This document shows, in pieces, positions 1 through 6,093 of a stretch of DNA of 11,275 nt (position 1 is the stretch's first letter; each line of letters begins with the position of its first letter). This stretch comes from Candidatus Bathyarchaeum sp. (GTDB lineage Archaea; Thermoproteota; Bathyarchaeia; Bathyarchaeales; Bathyarchaeaceae). A program made the position numbers and the translations under genes. The notes under the pieces were generated by a model that worked only from the letters and a program-made list of their open reading frames with translations, did no database searches and was not told the DNA's origin. The stretch spans positions 1 through 11,275 of the forward strand of contig JAOZIF010000044.1 of the NCBI GenBank assembly GCA_026014495.1, in the 5' to 3' direction.

Positions 1-73
1 TAGCCCGGGGGAGATTCGAACTCCCGTCAGAGGCTCCAAAGGCCTCCATGATTGACCACTACACTACCGGGCT
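1..73 (-). tRNA. trnQ: tRNA-Gln (anticodon UUG), intronless
   Basis: Reverse complement folds as a cloverleaf: acceptor AGCCCGG/CCGGGCT, anticodon arm GAGGC-CT TTG GA-GCCTC, T arm GGGAG-TTCGAAT-CTCCC, discriminator A at position 1. The A1-U72 pair is typical of archaeal tRNA-Gln. Whether CCA is encoded cannot be seen (window edge). Confidence 0.97.
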
Positions 74-90
74 AAACAGTACGTTCTGTG

Positions 91-114
91 TTAATATTTT
101 CTCTTTAATATTAA
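91..114 (-). promoter_or_regulatory. Probable TATA box(es) for tRNA-Gln
   Basis: TTAATATT occurs twice (91-98, 105-112); 105-114 is the palindrome TTAATATTAA, about 30-40 nt upstream of the mature tRNA 5' end. Confidence 0.5.
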
Positions 115-144
115 GATTGACGTTCAACACTCAAAAAAATAAAA

Positions 145-295
145 GGCAACCTCAGTCTACGGCTCGTCTCCCAACTTTATTTTGGTTTGCAGTTTGCGGT
201 CGAGTTTAGTTTTGGGAAACAAAAATAACCAAGCCTTCGATTCGGTTTATTCCGTCTCTTTGGCTGATTTCTTGAATTTTTTGTTTGATACACAA
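145..295 (-). pseudogene. Degenerate single-TRAM-domain gene (archaeal RNA chaperone family)
   Basis: Manual translation from 295 gives LCIKQKIQEISQRDGINRIEGLVIFVSQN* (TAA at 206-208). A shifted frame gives QTKLDRKLQTKI, the original frame resumes with NKVGRRAV, and a further shift gives TEVA. This matches the archaeal TRAM pattern (I..i...GDGiariEGfVIFVp.t..Gd.v.ikI.kVgrrfA.aEv) with frameshifts, a stop and no recognisable N-terminus. Confidence 0.75.
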
Positions 296-319
296 GGCAC
301 CAAGAAAATAAAATGGGGT

Positions 320-610
320 TTACAGGACTGTTAGAGTCCCATATTTGCCTGAGTTAAGCTGAAGCACATCTCTAAAGGATTTGATGTATCCATTCTCGAT
401 TTTGATGCGGTCGCCAACATTAACTTGCTCAGTTTGCTCGTTCCATAGAGTCAAAGTTATTTTACCTGTTTCATCCTCTATTGTGGCGTCAGCAACTCTG
501 TAGGTTTCGTTAGTGTATCGTGAACGAACTTCGCGGACATCTGATTTTTCGACCACGTCTGCTTCAACATCTACTTTGCGCATTCCATCTCTTAATTCAT
601 TAATTTTCAA
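320..610 (-). CDS. ssb: Single-stranded DNA-binding protein, single OB fold (crenarchaeal SSB/RPA-like), 96 aa
   Basis: MKINELRDGMRKVDVEADVVEKS...DETGKITLTLWNEQ...GDRIKIENGYIKSFRDVLQLNSGKYG is the SSB OB-fold signature. TTG start with GGAGG RBS at 620-624. No C-terminal tail. Confidence 0.92.
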   Translation of the reverse strand: MKINELRDGMRKVDVEADVVEKSDVREVRSRYTNETYRVADATIEDETGKITLTLWNEQTEQVNVGDRIKIENGYIKSFRDVLQLNSGKYGTLTVL

Positions 611-715
611 ATATATATTCCTCCGTTTTGTACAATGCCGCCAAAAATGAACCCGCTGCCAAATAAGGACTTCGGTTGTTCTGTTTTGTTGGCGAAATGA
701 AGGAGTATTAATTCG

Positions 716-730
716 AATATAAGCTTTACC
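716..730 (-). promoter_or_regulatory. Probable BRE/TATA of ssb
   Basis: Minus strand reads GGTAAAGCTTATATT about 105 nt upstream of the ssb start, just downstream of the upstream gene's U-tract. Confidence 0.45.
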
Positions 731-758
731 GAATAGGCTTCAAGATTTTTTGGAACAT

Positions 759-792
759 AAAAAAAAGGATGAGGGAGCCCAAAAAGGTGCTC
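759..792 (-). terminator. Probable terminator of the Yip1-like gene
   Basis: Minus strand: bulged hairpin GAGCACC-TTTTT-GGGCTC followed shortly by a T8 tract. Confidence 0.45.
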
Positions 793-834
793 GTCTTTAG
801 CAGAGAGCAGGCTCTAGTCTTTAATCGATTCGTG

Positions 835-1959
835 CTATATTCCAAAGAAATAACTCAGGGCGAATCTCAAAGCGAAGGCGAGCACGGAGATTGTTGCAGC
901 TTTTCCCCATGGAATATCTTTCATGGTCTTCAATACAACTGCACTAAGAGCAGCTACCCAAATTTCTCCAGCATACAAAAGCACTGTTCCTACTTGGTAG
1001 ACTATGTTAGATAACCATGTAGCGCTGAAAGCAGCAACTTGGAGGTCATATTCTACGGGCATCGTCAAGATAGGAAGATAAGTGAAGATTAATGCACTTA
1101 TCAAAGTGTAAACCGCGGTAGCTATGAAAACGTGTCCTATAATCACAAAGAATGCGTTCCATTTGCCAAGGTCTTCTCCAAAAAGTTTTGCGACAATAAA
1201 TACAAGCCCTGACCACAAGATCCAGTTTATTCCAACCGAAAACGTAACTGAAAATAGAATGTATAATAGTGCGGTCTCAAGTCCTGCAGATTCTATTGGT
1301 GAAACATAATTTCTGAAAAACAGGCCATCAATTTTTAGCGTCAAATCTGACGAACTAGACCAGACAGCCATGAATTCGAGTCCTGTTATGTTTTGCCAAT
1401 CTGGAGAGCCAACCGAAATCCAACCTTGAGTTGAACCTACATTAAGAGTAATGTTTCCCCAGTCTTTGTTTGAAGGCAAAAGACTTCCCAAATCTGTTTC
1501 AAAGTAGCTAGCTTCGCTTCCTGAAAACAATTTCAGAGTTGCTGAACTTGCAGACAAACCGTCCTGATTGGTCATGTTTATCCAGAAGAACAATTCAGTG
1601 TAACCTGCTTCTGAGCAGTTGATGGAATCGATTTCTGACAGTTTTAGCCAAATGCTTGTTGATCCCATGACAGAAGAGCTGATGCTGTTGTTTCCCATTT
1701 GATAATTTGTCGCATCCAGCGAAATCGAGTCTGTGGCATCCCAGTCGTACTGACCGCTTAACGCCTCGGTCCAGTCGTCATCTTCTGGTGCCCTGACCTC
1801 GTATAACTGTTTATCATTGTAGACAAACTGTAAAACCACTGTTGAGGAGATTACAAGCAATAAAACTAGGAGTACTGCTTTGAAGTCTGGTTTTTCAACA
1901 ATTTTTTTGAAAGCTTTAATTGGCGAATATAGAACTTCAAGTATTTCTTTCCCAAACAA
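835..1959 (-). CDS. Yip1-family-like multi-pass membrane protein with an inserted ~175-aa extracytoplasmic beta-rich domain, 374 aa
   Basis: N-terminal 'ILEVLYSPIKAFKKIVEKPDF' plus a TM helix and four C-terminal TM helices resemble Yip1. The middle is Ser/Thr/Trp-rich with N-x-S/T sequons (NNS, NCS, NMT, NIT twice) and a PDWQNITGLEF motif. TTG start with GGAG upstream. Confidence 0.75.
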   Translation of the reverse strand: MFGKEILEVLYSPIKAFKKIVEKPDFKAVLLVLLLVISSTVVLQFVYNDKQLYEVRAPEDDDWTEALSGQYDWDATDSISLDATNYQMGNNSISSSVMGSTSIWLKLSEIDSINCSEAGYTELFFWINMTNQDGLSASSATLKLFSGSEASYFETDLGSLLPSNKDWGNITLNVGSTQGWISVGSPDWQNITGLEFMAVWSSSSDLTLKIDGLFFRNYVSPIESAGLETALLYILFSVTFSVGINWILWSGLVFIVAKLFGEDLGKWNAFFVIIGHVFIATAVYTLISALIFTYLPILTMPVEYDLQVAAFSATWLSNIVYQVGTVLLYAGEIWVAALSAVVLKTMKDIPWGKAATISVLAFALRFALSYFFGI

Positions 1960-2246
1960 CTATCGTATTCTCCACAAGATTATCATATCTGATTGCTAAA
2001 GAATTTCATGACCCTCCTAATAACTCTTGACATACGTCAGTAAATGAATAACAACAGCAGGTAGAGGATACAGCATACATCCGTGTAAATGTAAACAAGA
2101 TTGCCAAACTGCAGATTTAGGAAAAAGTTCATTAAGAGCCACCAAAAAAGGTAAGAATCAAGGGAAGATTGGTCAGTTAATGGCTTTAGCAAGTCTACAC
2201 GTTTTTGCATTACTGATGAGTGTTCGCAGAACTTTTTTTGTTGTGA

Positions 2247-2852
2247 TTGGCTTTGATTAAACGTTTGAGAGCTATAATTAAACGAATTCGATTGTACATC
2301 CAAATCACTGAGATGGGCCCAATAGCCAGAAGATACTTCGTGAAAAACGGGTTTGACGGCTCCATGACTATGCTGGGAATAATCGTAGGGGCATGGGTTG
2401 TGAATGTTACTCAACCAGAGATAATTGTAACCTCTGGTTTAGGTGCATGTTTGGCAATGGGAATCTCTGGATTATCCGGAGCATACATGACTGAAAGGGC
2501 TGAACGAAAACGAAACCTCAAGGATCTTGAATGCGCAATGGTGACAAAACTCAACGACTCTGTGATATCCGACGCCACAAGATTTGTTTCATTCTACGCA
2601 GCTGTTGTTGATGGAGGCTCACCAATTATAACCGCACTTATTTCGTTGTCGCCGTTCTTTCTTTTGCTACATGGGTTAATAGAAGTTCAAACTGCATACA
2701 CAGCATCTCTTGTAGTGACGCTGGTTACTTTGTTTATGCTAGGAATTTATCTAGGAAAAATAGCCAAAGAAAATGCGTTACTTTATGGAATACAAACACT
2801 GGTTGCTGGAGTAGCAACGATATTGATTGCACTGTTGTTAGGCGCAGTATAG
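2247..2852 (+). CDS. VIT1/CCC1-family (archaeal short form) membrane protein, putative metal transporter, ~201 aa
   Basis: 'ARRYFVKNGFDGSMTMLGIIVG' and 'AMGISGLSGAYMTERAE' match VIT1/CCC1 helices 1-2; five TM segments. Start could be TTG 2247 or ATG 2312. Confidence 0.85.
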   Translation: MALIKRLRAIIKRIRLYIQITEMGPIARRYFVKNGFDGSMTMLGIIVGAWVVNVTQPEIIVTSGLGACLAMGISGLSGAYMTERAERKRNLKDLECAMVTKLNDSVISDATRFVSFYAAVVDGGSPIITALISLSPFFLLLHGLIEVQTAYTASLVVTLVTLFMLGIYLGKIAKENALLYGIQTLVAGVATILIALLLGAV

Positions 2853-2903
2853 CATCACGTGGAACAAGAACTCCGTTAAGAAAAAAAGTTCGGTGATGCT
2901 CTA
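2848..2903. terminator. Bidirectional terminator/hairpin between convergent genes
   Basis: Inverted repeat TATAGCATCAC (2848-2858) / GTGATGCTCTA (2893-2903), 10/11 complementary; inner GAACT/AGTTC; A7 tract at 2881-2887. Confidence 0.55.
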
Positions 2904-2911
2904 AAGCCTGT

Positions 2912-3208
2912 TTACATTCTAGCGGAGCTGTCTTGAGGAGTTTTTACTTCTTCAACGATTCTTTTGCCAGCAGCAACCTCGTCAATTGAGTGGATAGTAG
3001 CGCCAAATTCCTCTAGTTTCTTTTTGATGTCTTCAAAACTTATAGAGATTCCAGCAACGATAACTTTTGCGTTTTCTACTTGCTGGTCTATCTCATTTAT
3101 TATTATGTTTACGCCTTCCACGCCTTCAAGGTGACTGAGAGCCTCAGAAACTTCGACAACAGATGGTTGGTGCGGTTTTAAGACGTCTAATACAAGTCTT
3201 CGTATCAT
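2912..3208 (-). CDS. DUF211 family protein, 98 aa
   Basis: 'IRRLVLDVLKPHQP...EGVEGVNI...EID...GATIHSIDEVAAG' is the DUF211 signature. TTAAATA TATA-like box at about 3242-3249. Confidence 0.92.
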   Translation of the reverse strand: MIRRLVLDVLKPHQPSVVEVSEALSHLEGVEGVNIIINEIDQQVENAKVIVAGISISFEDIKKKLEEFGATIHSIDEVAAGKRIVEEVKTPQDSSARM

Positions 3209-3276
3209 TTTTGAACTTCGAGCTTATAGTCTTGGGGCGCATATTTAACTATTCCTCTAACTGCAGCAAAGAGCAG

Positions 3277-4341
3277 TTATCGTGCGTTGCGTATCCAAAA
3301 GGATATTTGTTCAATTGTTGGATATTCTTCTTTTGAGATTTTGCCTTGTTCAACATAAATTTTGGCGATTTCGCTTACTCTTCTACTAAGCTGAATCAAA
3401 TCCTGTTCTGCCAGTTGCTTTCTCGATTTTATTCCAGCTTCTATAAGCAGCTCAGCGTTGCTTGAGTCTACTGCTGGAATCATCATCAGTTGAGCTGATG
3501 CTTGTAGGTTTTCTGCCATCTCTTTTGATATTCGAGTTTTTTCTCCGATGACATCAGGGTCAGTTGTGAGGAAGTCGCCAACAGATGTTACACCTAGTGT
3601 CCTCAACTCTTTTCCCAAAGCTGGACCTATTCCTTTTATGTCCTCAGGATTATCAAGGCTCTTCAGGTTAGCTTGGTTTGGCACCATGTTGCCCTCGATT
3701 CTTTCAAGCCTAAGTTTAATTTCTTCCAGTTCCGCTCGCTGACTCTTCAAATCAGTAGCGCCTTCTTCGCTTATTCGTTTGACTCCAAGCATGACTGCTT
3801 CTTGTCGTTTTAGGTCAGCAGAAAGTTTTTCTCCAGTTTCAGCGGTCTTGGTTTCTAGGGTAGAAACTAGGTCTGAACTGATTTTTTTGACGGCTTTTCC
3901 TTGCTTTGTCAAAAGGTCTATTGTCTCTTTTTTGTCTTCTTTGAGGTCTGAGCTGACTGTGCTGAAGAACTTCTGGTTCACTTTTCTGCCGTATTCCATT
4001 TGGTCAACTAATTCGGTTACTGAGGTTTCTTGTGCCTTTCTGAGGGCAGCTAAGTTTCCGCCTACTTTGAGCAATAGTTTAACGATTTCAGGGTCTGGAG
4101 GTTGTTTTAGGTATATGATTATGCATGTGATTCCTAGAAAGATGAACGTGGTAGTTATTGATAGCCATAGATAGATTTCTACGCTTTGGGCGCCTGCTAT
4201 GCTCCCTAGTATGTAAGGGGTTACGATGGCTGCTGCGCCCTCATTTATGAGTAAGACAGCCATTGATAAAGAAGCCATTACAGTTAGGAAAGTTGCAAAA
4301 ATAAATATCCATACAATTATTCCTCTTTTTGAAATCATCAT
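3277..4341 (-). CDS. Membrane-anchored protein: 2 TM + coiled coil + C-terminal DUF4332-like helix-hairpin-helix domain, ~354 aa
   Basis: Two hydrophobic N-terminal helices and a long heptad-rich segment, then 'IKGIGPALGKELRTLGVTSV' and 'LMMIPAVDSSNAELLIEAGIKSRKQLA' HhH repeats. Start reassigned to ATG 4341 because the AGGTG RBS (4348-4352) overlaps the GTG used by the ORF track. Confidence 0.75.
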   Translation of the reverse strand: MMISKRGIIVWIFIFATFLTVMASLSMAVLLINEGAAAIVTPYILGSIAGAQSVEIYLWLSITTTFIFLGITCIIIYLKQPPDPEIVKLLLKVGGNLAALRKAQETSVTELVDQMEYGRKVNQKFFSTVSSDLKEDKKETIDLLTKQGKAVKKISSDLVSTLETKTAETGEKLSADLKRQEAVMLGVKRISEEGATDLKSQRAELEEIKLRLERIEGNMVPNQANLKSLDNPEDIKGIGPALGKELRTLGVTSVGDFLTTDPDVIGEKTRISKEMAENLQASAQLMMIPAVDSSNAELLIEAGIKSRKQLAEQDLIQLSRRVSEIAKIYVEQGKISKEEYPTIEQISFWIRNAR

Positions 4342-4522
4342 AACGTACACCTTATTTTCTGTCTATGCGATTATCCTGAAGGGTGGTTGTGTAGTGTTTC
4401 TTCTCAATTTTAGCTTTGAAAGTGTTATGAAGACACAATATGGATTGAAAATCCAAAGGTGCACTTCAGGTTTGTTTCATTTGATTAACAGAAGACAGCA
4501 TATTTGAGAAAGAATAGAGGGG

Positions 4523-4553
4523 GGCACCCAAACAAAAACCAGTCTAAAGTGCC
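4523..4553 (-). terminator. Possible terminator hairpin downstream of the HMGCS fusion gene
   Basis: GGCAC...GTGCC inverted repeat with a U-rich loop and pyrimidine-rich tail, 30 nt after the stop codon. Confidence 0.3.
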
Positions 4554-4583
4554 ACAAAACTTCAATTAAACAAGACCATAACT

Positions 4584-6092
4584 TTACAGTCCATGCTTAA
4601 GTCGTCTATAGGTGTGGTAATCCACATACTCTAAATGCTCATTATCAATCTGGTGATTAACCGTGAACTTTTGGCGCCGCTTCTTCTCCAATATCTGGCT
4701 AGTGGTCATGAACGAGTATGCATCGCTTCCAGCCCCAGATCCGTAACTGACAAGAACTATCCGCTCATCAGGTTTAGCAATATCTAAAACAGCAGCCAAG
4801 CCAATAGGTGAAGACCCAGAGTAGGCGTTTCCAAATTTGGCAACTTTTAGGCTTGGCAGGTATTGTTCTTCTTTGAATCCTAATTGTTTTGCAACCTTAA
4901 CTGGGAACCGAAGGTTTGGTTGATGGGGAACAAAGTAATCTATGTCGTCAAGGTTTAACTTTAGTTGTTCCATGAGGGTTTTACAAGATTTTATTACATG
5001 TTTAAAGTAAGCAGGCTCACCGGTGAATCGTCCACCATGTCGTGGGTATGCTTGCATGTCTCTTCTCCAAAAGTCTGGCGTGTCTGAGGTACAGGAGTAC
5101 CATCCTTCCATTTCAGCGATGACATCATGCATGCCAAAGATGAATGCTGAGCCGCCAAAGCCTACAAAATGGTCTAATTCGCCGCCCAGTTCGTTTCTGG
5201 GTGCAGCTTGAGAGTTGTCTGCTCCTATTGCCATAGCGTAGTCTGTGTTGGTTTTTGGGTAATAGACAAGTGACGCAGCATCTTTGAACATGCTTGTGGC
5301 TGCTTTGCATGCAAACTCGGTGTCGATGGCATCTACGCTTTGTAGTCCTGTTTTTTCTTCTTTGCCAAGCTTTAGAACCTGTGCTACTTTGGATGCAATT
5401 GGGTTAACAGCGTATGGATTTGATTCTGAGCCAACGTATACTTTGCCAATTAATGTTTTATCTACTCCAGAGTGAATTAACGCCAGTTTTCCAGCGTCTA
5501 CTGCTGCAGTAACTGCGTCTTCATCAATGAAGGGCACAGAGCGTTCCATATTTCCTTCTTTAATTCGGAATTTTGAGGTGTAAACTCCGTATCCAACGAT
5601 TCCGGGGGTTTCATACTCTTTTGTGGGTTTATGAATCTCATATTTTTGGTGCGGGTAGTAGCCGTCGGCAACCGTGAAAGCAAGAGAAATCGTAGGAATA
5701 ACATCGCTTTCTCCAACGGTGTGTCTTCTTCTGAATCGTGGGACAACGTTTTTTCCATCAAAACATGAAACGTCAGTTTTTCCGTCTTGTATCAAGAGGT
5801 CGGTTAGTCTTCCTGGGACTCTAGTTTTTCCATCATGAAATGATACGAGACCGTAAATGTATGAACCCATCTTGATAAACCTGTTAGTGGGTTGGTTAAC
5901 AAGAGTGGAGACTTCAAGGGTACCCTGGTCATAGAAGTAGTCTATGGTCTTCATTTTTCCGAAACTTTTTCTTCCGCAGCTTCCACAGTAGTTTTTGCCT
6001 CTGAAGTATTCTTTTCCGCACAGAGTACACTGGCTGGCTCGTAGTCTGTCTCCGATATAGGAGACCCTTCTTTCGATAGGTTCGCTGCTCAT
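4584..6092 (-). CDS. hmgB: DUF35 (Zn-ribbon + OB fold) fused to archaeal-type HMG-CoA synthase, 502 aa
   Basis: Start at ATG 6092 (GGAGA RBS, 1 nt after the thiolase stop). N-terminal CTLC-x10-CGSC Zn ribbon and 'PRFRR' OB-fold strand = DUF35. From about 5606: GIVGYG, GSESNPY (Glu223), EFACKA (Cys262), PHQPN (His390), GNAYSGS, SYGSGAGSDA = archaeal HMGCS with an intact triad. Confidence 0.92.
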   Translation of the reverse strand: MSSEPIERRVSYIGDRLRASQCTLCGKEYFRGKNYCGSCGRKSFGKMKTIDYFYDQGTLEVSTLVNQPTNRFIKMGSYIYGLVSFHDGKTRVPGRLTDLLIQDGKTDVSCFDGKNVVPRFRRRHTVGESDVIPTISLAFTVADGYYPHQKYEIHKPTKEYETPGIVGYGVYTSKFRIKEGNMERSVPFIDEDAVTAAVDAGKLALIHSGVDKTLIGKVYVGSESNPYAVNPIASKVAQVLKLGKEEKTGLQSVDAIDTEFACKAATSMFKDAASLVYYPKTNTDYAMAIGADNSQAAPRNELGGELDHFVGFGGSAFIFGMHDVIAEMEGWYSCTSDTPDFWRRDMQAYPRHGGRFTGEPAYFKHVIKSCKTLMEQLKLNLDDIDYFVPHQPNLRFPVKVAKQLGFKEEQYLPSLKVAKFGNAYSGSSPIGLAAVLDIAKPDERIVLVSYGSGAGSDAYSFMTTSQILEKKRRQKFTVNHQIDNEHLEYVDYHTYRRLKHGL

Positions 6093-6093
6093 T

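Noticed and set aside
1-73. tRNA-Gln as an integration site for the accessory region
   Set aside because: No duplicated tRNA 3' end was seen in the window, and the tRNA 3' end points out of the window.
769-1309. Plus-strand ORFs 769-1014 and 1124-1309
   Set aside because: Antisense shadows of the Yip1-like gene; no protein-like motifs.
1891-1902. TTTTTCAACAAT, a partial match to the 32-bp direct repeat
   Set aside because: A 12-bp AT-rich match inside a coding sequence (KKIVEK); likely chance.
2037-2414. Minus-strand 125-aa ORF, including a hydrophobic 31-57-aa tail in the 1960-2246 gap
   Set aside because: The 5' half overlaps the VIT1 gene antisense, there is no RBS and no family is recognised. 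A tiny membrane peptide cannot be excluded but is unsupported.
3548-4507. Plus-strand ORFs 3548-3742, 3779-4174 and 4226-4507
   Set aside because: Antisense to the DUF4332-like gene; composition mirrors the real strand.
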